Translations under genes and position numbers: made by a program
Part shown: positions 10,313 through 19,981 of the stretch, piece by piece
Numbering within the stretch: the first letter of the stretch is position 1
How the letters are laid out: every line of letters starts with the position of its first letter
Notes under the pieces: generated by a model
Database searches by the model: none
What the model saw: only the letters and a program-made list of their open reading frames with translations
Told to the model about the DNA's origin: nothing
Virus record (IMG/VR): IMGVR_UViG_3300011412_000004
Span: 1-43,100 of that record
Direction: 5' to 3' (one strand)
DNA: 43,100 nt
From: a virus
Taxonomy: Duplodnaviria; Caudoviricetes

Positions 10313-10322
10313 ATCATTCTCC

Positions 10323-12464
10323 TTAATATCCTCGGGCTACAGCCAAACAATCCCATTTAGTATCAGCCAGATTATACTGGAAGCCAATATAATCAGTCTT
10401 GGCTGGCGTAGTGGTAAGGACTGGCTGAGTGACATCCGTGCCAAAACGGTAAATGGCATTCCACGCCAGCGTGCGTGTGCCTGTACCGTCCTGCTTGACT
10501 CTGAACTGTATCTGTTGTCCGCCAGTAGGTGTACCAGTCGGAGCCGCCATCGTGCGGTTGCCACCGAGCGTTACCGTGCCGATATCTGTCGTATCTGCAT
10601 TCGGCGTAATCGTAGCCCCGTCCGTTAGCGCTACTACCCGTTTGCCGATAGTACTAGTGACTTTCCAGACTGCCGCTCCACTCGCCCCATCCAAACAGAT
10701 GTACTCGACATCGTTAGTCGTATCGTACCAGCGTGAGCCGATACCGAAACCATCCGCCAGATCATCCCCGACCACAGGCGCAGTCGTGCCGACCGTATGA
10801 TTGCGGATTTGTTCGAAGATACCGCCTGTCACACTGGACAAAATGCCGTAAGACGTAAATGTGCCAGCCGTACGCAGGTTTTCTACAACTTGGACAGTCA
10901 TACCTATGGAACGTACCGCCGCATTAGCGCCAGCCGAGGAAGCTTGTACGAAAGAATTGCGAATTCTGAAGCCATAGACTTGAGTTGGAGTAGTCGTATA
11001 ACCACGCAATTGCCACGCTCCGACATTACTGCCTGTATAGGATAAGACTCTGATATTCTCAAAGTCCCAGTCGTGCAAGTGATTCTCAGTCTTATCCACG
11101 CCGAGAATGAACGGCGCTGAGGTCATTGCTTCTATAGTGATATTGGAGAAAGTAACATAAGTCTGATTCATCGTATAGTCTGAACCAAGCACCGTACCTG
11201 CTATCTGACAGGATGCAAAGAACTTCCAGCCATAGATATTGGCATTAGTTATCTGTACCTTATTGGTATCATCAACGATCTGCGTAAAACCGTCTGGTCC
11301 GAGCGCTCTGTCGAAGAAGTCTATGACAGGCTGTGCTGGCGTACTAGTCGTGTTGCGTCCCTGAATACCGCTGATGATAACATTAGTCGTATTGATAATC
11401 GTTACCAGTTTGAAATCTTCATCATACGTAGCCGTGATTCCCGTAATAATGATGCCATCGCTCTCCATCATACCGATAGAGTGCGCTGAAGGTGTCTCGA
11501 AGTGCGGAAACTCCACGACTACGTTCTTGTTATTGATATACAGCATCAGCTCATATGCCAAACTGTTCGTGTTGTTCTCAAAGTACGGGTTAAGAATACG
11601 AGCATCCTGCTGATTCACGAATAGAAGCTGTTCGAACGTACCGCAGTTACAGTTGGTAATCCGCAGATTTTCAATCAAAGCGCCGTGTGAAGCTGTGCCT
11701 GCAGGCGAACCGCTGGTATAATTGCCTATCCGTGTAGCCCACTTGGAAGCACTGGTATAACCTTGTCCTGTGACGTGGATATCCCTGAGCCAGACAAAGT
11801 TCCCTTGATAAATGTGTATACCGCCAACATCTGTCTTAGCTGACAAGTCTATCTTCAGATTGTGCAGAGTCAGATAATTAGCCGCTCCTGAATTCTCTCT
11901 GAAGGCAACACCGCTGGCAAAACCGCTGGATATAGAGATAGTCGTGCCATCGCCGTGTCCTATTAGTACGACATCGGGGTAAAGCGTAATCATCGAAGCA
12001 ATAGTCAGTTCAGTCACTATTTCGACCACACCGCCACCGCTAGCGTGAACGGCATCCAAAGCGGCTTGCAACTGTACATTATCAGCCGTGCCATCAGTTA
12101 CATAGTCACCCGTTGTTCCAACCGTAGAAGTAGTCTTGCTCTGTTTGGCTTGTAAGATAGCCCACAAATCAGTTTGATCCGATATATCACCGCCAAGTTC
12201 ACCCCACTCATTAGCGCCATCAACTCCAGGCGCACCTTGAATACCTTGCGGACCTTGTTCTCCCTGAGCGCCCGTATTGCCTGTCGGACCGATTGGACCA
12301 GCTGGACCTGTCGCACCTGCTGGACCTTCTGGACCTGTTGCGCCTGTATCGCCTTTACTGGCAACCTGTCCTGTCATTACGATTTCTTGCGTAAGTCCCT
12401 CATAGCCTATCATCTCAATAGGCGCTTGCGAAGTAACTCCAGTCATTAAGATATTCTCAGACAT
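10323..12464 (-). CDS. Tailspike-like protein: collagen-like GXY repeats, pectin-lyase-type beta-helix, C-terminal domain paralogous to 37347-38147
   Basis: GDTGATGPEGPAGATGPAGP... repeat; DGTADNVQLQAALDAV..GGGVV beta-helix cap motif. Confidence 0.75.
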   Translation of the reverse strand: MSENILMTGVTSQAPIEMIGYEGLTQEIVMTGQVASKGDTGATGPEGPAGATGPAGPIGPTGNTGAQGEQGPQGIQGAPGVDGANEWGELGGDISDQTDLWAILQAKQSKTTSTVGTTGDYVTDGTADNVQLQAALDAVHASGGGVVEIVTELTIASMITLYPDVVLIGHGDGTTISISSGFASGVAFRENSGAANYLTLHNLKIDLSAKTDVGGIHIYQGNFVWLRDIHVTGQGYTSASKWATRIGNYTSGSPAGTASHGALIENLRITNCNCGTFEQLLFVNQQDARILNPYFENNTNSLAYELMLYINNKNVVVEFPHFETPSAHSIGMMESDGIIITGITATYDEDFKLVTIINTTNVIISGIQGRNTTSTPAQPVIDFFDRALGPDGFTQIVDDTNKVQITNANIYGWKFFASCQIAGTVLGSDYTMNQTYVTFSNITIEAMTSAPFILGVDKTENHLHDWDFENIRVLSYTGSNVGAWQLRGYTTTPTQVYGFRIRNSFVQASSAGANAAVRSIGMTVQVVENLRTAGTFTSYGILSSVTGGIFEQIRNHTVGTTAPVVGDDLADGFGIGSRWYDTTNDVEYICLDGASGAAVWKVTSTIGKRVVALTDGATITPNADTTDIGTVTLGGNRTMAAPTGTPTGGQQIQFRVKQDGTGTRTLAWNAIYRFGTDVTQPVLTTTPAKTDYIGFQYNLADTKWDCLAVARGY

Positions 12465-12810
12465 TGCGGTTCGTCACTTTCGCTTTAACGACAAATTGTC
12501 CTAAAAGTGAAGGTGGCTCTGCCGCTCCCCCGACATCTATCACAACATCAAAGTAATACGTGCCTGGCTCAAGATAGGTATCAGCATCAGTCAGAGTAAA
12601 ATTAGATATGCCCCCAGCCGCATCGGTATGAGAGGTAATAGTTTTCTTAATCAAAGCTGAAGCATCAGGCGCATCACTATCCCATTCTTCCTCTTTAACG
12701 GTGAAATATAAGGTTGCACCCACGAGCGAGACTGCCGAACCTTCCGTATCTTGATGCTGGTAAGTTACGGGATAAGTGACACCTCTGTAAACTGTGATTT
12801 TATTAGCCAT
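12457..12810 (-). CDS. BppU-like fibre adaptor/anchor protein
   Basis: ITVYRG..., LVGATLYFTVK, FTLTDADT..LEPGTYYFDV pattern; directly upstream of the tailspike. Confidence 0.55.
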   Translation of the reverse strand: MANKITVYRGVTYPVTYQHQDTEGSAVSLVGATLYFTVKEEEWDSDAPDASALIKKTITSHTDAAGGISNFTLTDADTYLEPGTYYFDVVIDVGGAAEPPSLLGQFVVKAKVTNRNV

Positions 12811-13110
12811 TTATTTTCCTTTTTTCTCAAACATAACTCTGGTATAAAAGGTCAATTCCTCTAAGTCTAAGTATACCTCTTTCTCATCAATAGTCAGCTT
12901 AAAAACGTGGTCACGCTGAGCTACTTCATTCAAATGCCATTCCAGTTTGATAAGATGCCTGCCTGATTGGTCTGTCAGATAACCGATACTCTGTTCCATC
13001 AGATCCTTGACGAATGGTTTCTTGCGAAGATATTCGACAGGTTTACTTACAAGTTTGCCTTCTTTGGTTTCATCTGGTACGAATTCATCTGACATAACCG
13101 AGTACATCAC
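12811..13110 (-). CDS. Hypothetical protein (start uncertain, possibly ATG 13095)
   Basis: Fills the operon gap and abuts the next gene. Confidence 0.55.
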   Translation of the reverse strand: MMYSVMSDEFVPDETKEGKLVSKPVEYLRKKPFVKDLMEQSIGYLTDQSGRHLIKLEWHLNEVAQRDHVFKLTIDEKEVYLDLEELTFYTRVMFEKKGK

Positions 13111-13357
13111 CTTCTTTAATAAGTTTCTCAGAGATACCCGTAAGGTCTATGTAAGCATACGGATTAATCAGAATATGCTCGCCTATCCGACATTGTTTGA
13201 CATCAGGTCCAACCGCCACGATATGCGCCGTATTGACGGCATCTTCCCACGCCTTAGCCATAAAGATACCTGAAGCAGTCGTTTTCCTCGGTTCATCAAG
13301 CACAATCACCATCAAATCCCGTAATGGCTGAATTCGTGTCATTTCCATCTGTAACAT
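13085..13357 (-). CDS. groES: GroES/Cpn10-like co-chaperonin
   Basis: IQPLRD.., TTASGIF mobile loop, IVAVGP, LIKEGDVLG motifs. Confidence 0.85.
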   Translation of the reverse strand: MLQMEMTRIQPLRDLMVIVLDEPRKTTASGIFMAKAWEDAVNTAHIVAVGPDVKQCRIGEHILINPYAYIDLTGISEKLIKEGDVLGYVR

Positions 13358-13373
13358 ACCTACATCATACTAC

Positions 13374-13407
13374 AAAACAAAAAGGACAGCGTTATACTGT
13401 CCCTTTT
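13374..13407 (-). terminator. Intrinsic terminator after the capsid operon
   Basis: GGACAG-tataacg-CTGTCC hairpin followed by TTTTTGTTTT on the minus strand. Confidence 0.8.
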
Positions 13408-13421
13408 GCGCCCTAAGACTG

Positions 13422-13904
13422 CTATTTACCGTTAGTAGTCTTAGCTGTTTGAACGGTTGGTTCTGGAGCAGGAGCTTCAGCAGGTCCGTGCGAAGGCTCA
13501 GGTGCAGACATCTGATTAGGTGTTACATCCGCAGTCTGATTTTCAAAGACAGTAGCTTCCTCAGCAGGGTTCACCTCTGTTGGAGTTACCGTATCTTCAA
13601 TCGCTTCAGGTTGAGTCGGAAAGGCTACGTTACCATCAGGGGTAAAGTATTCCGCATCGTCCTCAACTGAATCCTTCGGATTCTCACCGTCATCCACAAC
13701 ACCTGTGGTTTGACCATCGAGTTTCTTCCAGACTTCTTCGCCTGTACCGTTGGCTTGGAGGACGAGTGAGCCACCGCCAGATATAATCTGCGTGACTGTT
13801 CCTTCACCCTGTGTCTCCACCTCACGGGCTTCAAAGTAGTTCCTGCGACCAGCCTGCTTGTTCAGCTTGTCCAAGACACTCTGTTTAGTTGGTGCATCAG
13901 CCAT
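13422..13904 (-). CDS. Hypothetical acidic protein downstream of the capsid gene (possible head accessory)
   Basis: AAGGAG RBS; co-transcribed with the capsid gene up to the terminator. Confidence 0.6.
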   Translation of the reverse strand: MADAPTKQSVLDKLNKQAGRRNYFEAREVETQGEGTVTQIISGGGSLVLQANGTGEEVWKKLDGQTTGVVDDGENPKDSVEDDAEYFTPDGNVAFPTQPEAIEDTVTPTEVNPAEEATVFENQTADVTPNQMSAPEPSHGPAEAPAPEPTVQTAKTTNGK

Positions 13905-13924
13905 AATATTCTCCTTATCTAGTA

Positions 13925-14764
13925 TTAAACAGTTCGCTCAAGATCAACCAATGCGGCTGAACGCTCGACTGCAACGCCATAAATGGTGTGCAGAACGGTC
14001 TTGAGTCCGATAACATCAACGCTATCTTCCATCTTATAGGTTGGCTTCAGCTGAAGCGCCAATGAGATTGCTGATTTATGGAAGAACAGATTGTGCGTCA
14101 CGGTATCTGCGGCTACGTTGTTGGACATATAAAGGTCCATACCATAAACCATTGGTACGTTCGGATTGTCACTTACTGCCGTACCAGTCTTACCTGTCTG
14201 GTCGTAAGCGGCATACTTGTTCACAGCACGCAAGTCACCCATTGTCTTTGCACCGACAATACCTGCTCGGTCTGTCTGAGGTACATTGGCAAGGTCGAGA
14301 GCGGCTACCACGGCAAGGATATCTGCGTCATCCACGGTTGCGCCACCAGCTACGTTCGTACCAGCTGAGGCGTGTAGTGCGCCGATGTCCGTATCAATTG
14401 CTCGGGCAATCGCTTCTTTCTGAGCACCACGATACAACTCTTGCAGGTTGTAGTTAGCTTGAATCTTAGTAATATCCTCAAGAATGAAGGCTAAGTACTT
14501 GTGCTTGTTAATCGTGAGTTCGATCTCGGTTTCAACATTGGCATCGTAGACAACGGGCGTACCAGCCACCTTGTCACGTGCGTTATACGAACTTAGGAAT
14601 GGAATGTTAAGTTTCGTACCACCGCTGGACAGTTCAGTACGCTTTGTGACGGCATCCTGAAAGAACAGGGCATTATAAAAGGGTTTCTCTATATCACGGG
14701 TCCACTGTTCAGCGATCATTTTCGCCGCAGTGGTTGGCGTAATAGAGACTTCTGAGTAAGCCAT
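13925..14764 (-). CDS. Major capsid protein (HK97 fold)
   Basis: GGTKLNIP, ELTINKHKY.AF..EDI..IQ, AIARAIDTDI, LFFHKSAI.LA.Q, TIYGV motifs; follows the scaffold gene. Confidence 0.88.
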   Translation of the reverse strand: MAYSEVSITPTTAAKMIAEQWTRDIEKPFYNALFFQDAVTKRTELSSGGTKLNIPFLSSYNARDKVAGTPVVYDANVETEIELTINKHKYLAFILEDITKIQANYNLQELYRGAQKEAIARAIDTDIGALHASAGTNVAGGATVDDADILAVVAALDLANVPQTDRAGIVGAKTMGDLRAVNKYAAYDQTGKTGTAVSDNPNVPMVYGMDLYMSNNVAADTVTHNLFFHKSAISLALQLKPTYKMEDSVDVIGLKTVLHTIYGVAVERSAALVDLERTV

Positions 14765-14797
14765 ATTAGCTCCTTATTTTAATGGTGCGTTTTTACG

Positions 14798-15763
14798 CTA
14801 AAGTGCGGATAGGATTTGGCGGTTTATCTCGTCACGATTCTTCTCGTATTCTTCATCGGTCATCTTTGAGATATCGCCTGGTTTTAACACGCCCAGACTT
14901 TTCTTAGGTGTACCGCTCGGTCTAACGGCGGATTGGGACTTCTGTTCGGTTAAATTCTGCTCTGACTCATCGCTCAGTTCTTCAGCCCAGCGCTTGATGC
15001 GCTCCATCTCATAACGGGCAAACCTCTCAAATGAGATATCTGTCCGATAGACGGTCTTTTTCTCGGGGTCAAACCCTACGAACGCCAGAAAAGCTTCATT
15101 CAAGTCAGCAGTCCGATCTTCATCGAAGGTTTCAGGATGAGATTCGTCCATAAAGGCAAATTCAGGGTCTTTCTCGAGCAACTTACTTTCATATTCGGTT
15201 GCCTGCCAGAATTTATCCTGCTCAGCATACCATTTCTCGGTTTCTGAGGCAGTTTGAGCGCCTTTGGCAAATTCATTTTGCCCGTACTTACTTCTATCTT
15301 CCTCTAACTCTTTCAAATCGTAGTCTTTGGATTCAAATTCTAACGGTTTGTAGTCAGGATCGGTCTTGTAACGCTGTTCTCGGGGTTTAGCTTCTTCCTG
15401 CTCTCTGCGGACGGATTCCAAAAAAGCTTTGCGTTCAGCACGTTTTTCCCGTCTGGTCTTACGAGGCTGTTCCTCAGGTGCTTTCTCCTCAGTCTTAGGC
15501 TTTTCGGCTTCAGGCTGTTTATCAGCATCCTTCGTCTCTGGACCCTCATCTTTCTCAGGTGGGTCTTTCGGCTCATCGGGAGTATCTTCGGCTTCCTTTT
15601 CAGGTTTGTCGGCTTTCTCCGCTTCTTTTTCATCTGCAGGTTCTTCCGCTGGATTATCCAAAGACTTCGTAGATTTTTCTTCTTCCGTGTCTGTAGGCTG
15701 GCTAATCATAGCGGCTCGGACTACTGGATCTAAGGTTGGATCTAATTCGTCTAAGTTCGCCAT
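14798..15763 (-). CDS. Capsid scaffolding protein
   Basis: Highly acidic/charged N half; C-terminal DISKMTDEEYEK; directly upstream of the capsid gene. Confidence 0.75.
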   Translation of the reverse strand: MANLDELDPTLDPVVRAAMISQPTDTEEEKSTKSLDNPAEEPADEKEAEKADKPEKEAEDTPDEPKDPPEKDEGPETKDADKQPEAEKPKTEEKAPEEQPRKTRREKRAERKAFLESVRREQEEAKPREQRYKTDPDYKPLEFESKDYDLKELEEDRSKYGQNEFAKGAQTASETEKWYAEQDKFWQATEYESKLLEKDPEFAFMDESHPETFDEDRTADLNEAFLAFVGFDPEKKTVYRTDISFERFARYEMERIKRWAEELSDESEQNLTEQKSQSAVRPSGTPKKSLGVLKPGDISKMTDEEYEKNRDEINRQILSAL

Positions 15764-15831
15764 CTTATTCCTCTCGCACCATTCCGTAGGGCGTTCACGC
15801 TATCCATTAAGTAGGACATCACTAATTCGAA

Positions 15832-16128
15832 TTATACACTACTCCGCAGAATCGGACCCCATTTGACAAGGATAGGTCTGCCTTGCTTGTCTACACCGTC
15901 CAAGCGTAGGTCAGGTCCGATACGTTTGCCGTGGGTATAGTGAGGGCTGGCATCGCACTCGATATCAGGACCGACTTGATACCAATTGCATTTATGGTCA
16001 GCATAGTTCTGCCGAAGTTTCTCCTCAAGTTCTTCTTCGGTCATATGAGCAATACGCTCAGGCGGTTTCACGCCTTTCCACTCAAACCACTTGTCTACCT
16101 TGTCATCACGGTAATTGTAGCGGTTCAT
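15832..16128 (-). CDS. Hypothetical protein with possible Cys/His metal ligands
   Basis: HKCNW...EC...HYTHG; ATGA overlap with the upstream micro-ORF. Confidence 0.6.
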   Translation of the reverse strand: MNRYNYRDDKVDKWFEWKGVKPPERIAHMTEEELEEKLRQNYADHKCNWYQVGPDIECDASPHYTHGKRIGPDLRLDGVDKQGRPILVKWGPILRSSV

Positions 16129-16211
16129 TTCTTATGCTTGGAGAATTTACGTGCAACGCTCGGCTTGTTAGCGTACAAGTACTTGCGCTGTTTGTTCGAT
16201 TTGAATGGCAT
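16125..16211 (-). CDS. Small basic protein, 28 aa (MPFKSNKQRKYLYANKPSVARKFSKHKK)
   Basis: AAAGGAG RBS; ATGA coupling; MPFKS..QR..YAN.P pattern of a kind I recall from phage head modules. Below the ORF-track cutoff. Confidence 0.7.
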   Translation of the reverse strand: MPFKSNKQRKYLYANKPSVARKFSKHKK

Positions 16212-16212
16212 A

Positions 16213-16515
16213 CTAACTCCTTTCACGTTTAAAGTTTTTAAAGGTGTCCTGAAGCATCTTAAACTCCGCTATCACCTCGCAGGCTACATTCCACGCTTTA
16301 ATCTGTTCATCCTGCTTCGCATTCTCGATGGGAGTTCCATCAGGTAGAAAACGCTGGTGAAAAGCGATTCGATTAGCAAGGTACTCCATAATCTGAGGAT
16401 AATCCTTGCTATTTGCCAGTTGTTCAAAGTCATTGTCGGGTTCTTTCTTCTTTACGGGCTGAGGTGGCTCGAAGTTAAAAGGTTGCGGATCACTGATGAC
16501 TGAATTGCTTCTCAT
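16213..16515 (-). CDS. Hypothetical helical protein downstream of the portal
   Basis: ATGA overlap with the portal stop. Confidence 0.65.
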   Translation of the reverse strand: MRSNSVISDPQPFNFEPPQPVKKKEPDNDFEQLANSKDYPQIMEYLANRIAFHQRFLPDGTPIENAKQDEQIKAWNVACEVIAEFKMLQDTFKNFKRERS

Positions 16516-18485
16516 CCTTGTCTCCTTGCGAATTCCTCAAGCGTAGCTTGAATGACAGGGTGCATCGGTGCTTGCCCCATAGGTGGTGCTACGGACGCAG
16601 GTCCAGCCATAGCTGGAGGTTGTTCAGGCGGCATAGGTGGCACTTGTGGGTTCATAGCGCCCATAGCCAAAGCTTCAGGTGGCGTTGCGGCGGCTTGTGC
16701 CAACGCTTCTGGTGGAATACCACCGCCTGCTCCTGCACCTTCAGGTGGTTTCTCTGGTGGTGGTGCGTCCATAAACATTTCGTGCAAATCATCAATATTG
16801 GCAAGCTCGCCATACTTAGCGGAGATTCTTTGCCAGTCTGGTATCTTACCAGCGACATCTTGATACTGCTGAAGTGCATTCGGCATCTTACCGATAAAGC
16901 CAAGATAATCAAGCATCGCCTGTAGTTGTTCCTCTTTGGTCTTTTTAGCAGTCGAGTTCGGCTTAAGTTCAAACCTGAATTCCATATTAGCAAGTTTGGT
17001 CGGATCTATCTTCAGTCTAGCTTGCTCACCGCTTTCAGACTTACGCAAGGTGGCAAGTCCCGTAGATTTGGCGTTCTTGAAGATATCCTGTATATCCTCG
17101 TGTCCAGCTCGGTAAATCTCGCCTATCTCCTCGGCAAAGATATCCAGCGGTATCTTGTTCTTGATAGTCGGGATAATGCTCATCATACCGTCCAACAGTT
17201 CTACCATTGCCTGTTCTAGCAGTTCTCGGTCTTGGTTGTCTCTGGTAGACTCACGGGCTGAAATCATCTTAAGCGCTTCAGGCGTTTTGCCGAAGCCTGG
17301 GTCAGATGCATTCTCAGCATTTGAGCGTGTATCGGTCGTACCAGCGATAGACTGTAATGCGCCCTTAGCCATACCTTTAGCTGCCTGATAGGTACTCAGT
17401 CCAGCGGTAGAGCCTTCTAAAATCTTCACGTCATTAACATTGCCGTTTACTAACCAAAGAGACGCAGGGTCTTGTGAGAAAGTGTGCTTAATAATCGTTT
17501 GAGCGTTCCCCACGGTCGGCGGATAGAGCGCTCGTTTGATACCTTGAAAGTAGAAGTTGTCCAAGCCGTCATTTGCGTTTTGCATCGGCATTGAGCGCTG
17601 AAAGTCACCCACGCAGTAGAAAGTGTCAAAGGATGGTATGCAGGGCTTGATGACGAAAGGTATCTTCCCGTTCTTGTGTGGGTTCTTAATGTCTCGTATG
17701 ACGGCGTACCCGTATTCAGGTAGGAATGTGATCCAGCGTCCATCCTTCCCAGCTTCGTACCGAGTTGCAACAAGTATCTGACGTTTGGACTGCTTGTTTG
17801 GTAGATTTGGATTCTCACGTTTGTCATCAGGATTGACCGTGCCTTCTTTTAATCTTGGTAGTAACTCCTTTATTTTACCAGTATCGAAGTTAGAATCCTT
17901 ATCATCCGTTAAATCTTCAAAGAATGTCGGACTCTTATAAGCCAGTGCGTGTACGTAATCCATCTCTGCCACCGTAATAAAGCCGTTCTGAGGGATAAAC
18001 AGTCTCGGATTCCACAGCCAGCAGTCAGGTCCGAAATATCCCTGAGGAGTCACATTCAAGTCATAATGCATCGGCATATAACCGTACATACTCGAACCAT
18101 ACTGCCAGAGGTACATCTTGGTCTGGAATGGTCGCTGGGCATTGGCGTTCGGATATATCCATTTCTGGCGTATCATCTCCATAAACAGCGCTTTGCCTGT
18201 GTCCTTCTTACCGAAGGCTTGGACTTCACCTTCAGGCAGTTGTCCTGCTACCCGTGCGGCTCGTTCAAGATAAATCGTAGCCGTAGTGTTATCCGTTAGT
18301 CCATTATCAGTGGTCTTTGAAATCAAGTCATATGTCAGCCCCATATTCATCGCTTCATAAGCATCAAAGTTGGCTATGGCTTCATCGTGAGCATCCACAT
18401 CTTCACGCCACGCTCGGAACAGTTGTCTCTCAAAATCACCTAATTTCTCTGCTTTGAAGTCTTTGCTGTCGGTTTGTGTAGCCAT
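16512..18485 (-). CDS. Portal protein (podovirus/P22-like size)
   Basis: 657 aa directly after TerL; NPHKNGKIPFV motif; Pro/Ala/Gln-rich tail. Confidence 0.8.
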   Translation of the reverse strand: MATQTDSKDFKAEKLGDFERQLFRAWREDVDAHDEAIANFDAYEAMNMGLTYDLISKTTDNGLTDNTTATIYLERAARVAGQLPEGEVQAFGKKDTGKALFMEMIRQKWIYPNANAQRPFQTKMYLWQYGSSMYGYMPMHYDLNVTPQGYFGPDCWLWNPRLFIPQNGFITVAEMDYVHALAYKSPTFFEDLTDDKDSNFDTGKIKELLPRLKEGTVNPDDKRENPNLPNKQSKRQILVATRYEAGKDGRWITFLPEYGYAVIRDIKNPHKNGKIPFVIKPCIPSFDTFYCVGDFQRSMPMQNANDGLDNFYFQGIKRALYPPTVGNAQTIIKHTFSQDPASLWLVNGNVNDVKILEGSTAGLSTYQAAKGMAKGALQSIAGTTDTRSNAENASDPGFGKTPEALKMISARESTRDNQDRELLEQAMVELLDGMMSIIPTIKNKIPLDIFAEEIGEIYRAGHEDIQDIFKNAKSTGLATLRKSESGEQARLKIDPTKLANMEFRFELKPNSTAKKTKEEQLQAMLDYLGFIGKMPNALQQYQDVAGKIPDWQRISAKYGELANIDDLHEMFMDAPPPEKPPEGAGAGGGIPPEALAQAAATPPEALAMGAMNPQVPPMPPEQPPAMAGPASVAPPMGQAPMHPVIQATLEEFARRQG

Positions 18486-18505
18486 AATGTTTCCTTGTTT
18501 TCATT

Positions 18506-19972
18506 TTACCCTAGTAAGCCATATTTATTAAACTTGGGTTTCGGCGGATCAGGTCCGTCTTGCTTCACCAGTCCATACTTCAAGTATAAGGCTAAATAAC
18601 GCAATCCGTCTGGATGGTCATCGTGCATTTTGACAGGTTCTTCATTGATCGGTCGGTCCTTCTTAACCTCTCGGTAACGGTAGTTTTCCAGCTGAAAGAT
18701 AGTCTTACGGCAATTAGCAGTCACGTATATCTCAGGCTCAGGAGCACCTATCAGCTGTTGCTTCGGCATCAGTTTCGTGCCTAGTAGAGTAATACCTGAA
18801 ACTTTCGAGCCTGGTCCTTTCGGTCCAGCGAATATAGGCAATCCTTTGCCCTCGTTCTTCGCCGCATCAATCAAGTCTGGTCGGGACTGGTCGGCAACGA
18901 TACCTGTAATCTTATGTTCGCCTGACTTGACCCGTATGGCTTCAGTTATCTCCTGCAAAGGCATTCTATAACCGTGGATCTCATCAGTGATAAACCAATG
19001 TCCTTGATTATCTATCCATACCATATTGCAAGCGGTCGGGTGTCCTTCCGCCCAGCCGAAGTCCCACGTCCAATACAGCGTGCCTTCGCCATACGGTATA
19101 CGCTTGTCATTCGGTGAAATGACGTGAACCTTCCTATCAAACATCGGATAGACCGAGCCTGCAATGCTTCTGAACTGAAGTTCTACTTCTTGTAAGAACG
19201 TGTCGAGCTGTCCTGTTTCCTCAGCTTCCGCTCTCTGCTCCGCTATATACTCCGCATCAATGATGGGATTATCCCTCCAAGTTGCTTCCAAATAGAACCA
19301 CGTCTTTTTCGCTCCTTCCTCCAGCGTCCTGCGGTAGCGCTCCTTCGAGAACTCCAAACGATCATACCAATGGTTAAAACCTCGAGCCGTACCCATAAAG
19401 CACGCCCAGCCCTTCGTAGTGGTGAAGTAATGACGGTAAACAGTCTCCCAGTTTTGGGGGTCTTGGTCTTGGTACTCATCAAAGATTATGCCTTCTGCCT
19501 TGCGTCCTGTATGGTCTAGTGCGAAATCCGACCCCAGTAATTGAATGGTTGAAGGCGGTTTGGATTGGTCGTGTATCACGGCTTGCCAGCCAGCCCCAGG
19601 GATATAGAATGCTCCCTTCAGATAGTGGAATGTGATAACCAAGTTGGTACTGTCAGCGTGCGCTATCAGCTCCTTAGGAATGACGTGCAAGTATTGTCTC
19701 CACATAACATCTTTAGCGTGCTTGTGGGTGTTAAAGACTATGAAGTACTGCCCCTGCTTCATCGTAGCGGCAATCTCCAGATGCTTCACGCTCCACAGGG
19801 ACTTGCCTACCTGCCTGCCCCAAAACAGCGTGCCACGCTTATAGCCATCTACTAAGAAGGCTTTATGGGCTTCGGCTTGTTTGGCGTGCGGAGTGTAGTT
19901 CTGGACGTTCGGAACAACATCCACCCTATCGGTGACATCTGTAAGATTGACCGCTTCAAAGACATCAGCCAT
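18506..19972 (-). CDS. terL: Terminase large subunit
   Basis: Walker A GRQVGKS, Walker B IIFDEYQ, coupling motif FMGT, nuclease WDFGW and DDHPDGLRY. Confidence 0.95.
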   Translation of the reverse strand: MADVFEAVNLTDVTDRVDVVPNVQNYTPHAKQAEAHKAFLVDGYKRGTLFWGRQVGKSLWSVKHLEIAATMKQGQYFIVFNTHKHAKDVMWRQYLHVIPKELIAHADSTNLVITFHYLKGAFYIPGAGWQAVIHDQSKPPSTIQLLGSDFALDHTGRKAEGIIFDEYQDQDPQNWETVYRHYFTTTKGWACFMGTARGFNHWYDRLEFSKERYRRTLEEGAKKTWFYLEATWRDNPIIDAEYIAEQRAEAEETGQLDTFLQEVELQFRSIAGSVYPMFDRKVHVISPNDKRIPYGEGTLYWTWDFGWAEGHPTACNMVWIDNQGHWFITDEIHGYRMPLQEITEAIRVKSGEHKITGIVADQSRPDLIDAAKNEGKGLPIFAGPKGPGSKVSGITLLGTKLMPKQQLIGAPEPEIYVTANCRKTIFQLENYRYREVKKDRPINEEPVKMHDDHPDGLRYLALYLKYGLVKQDGPDPPKPKFNKYGLLG

Positions 19973-19981
19973 AGTCCCTTC

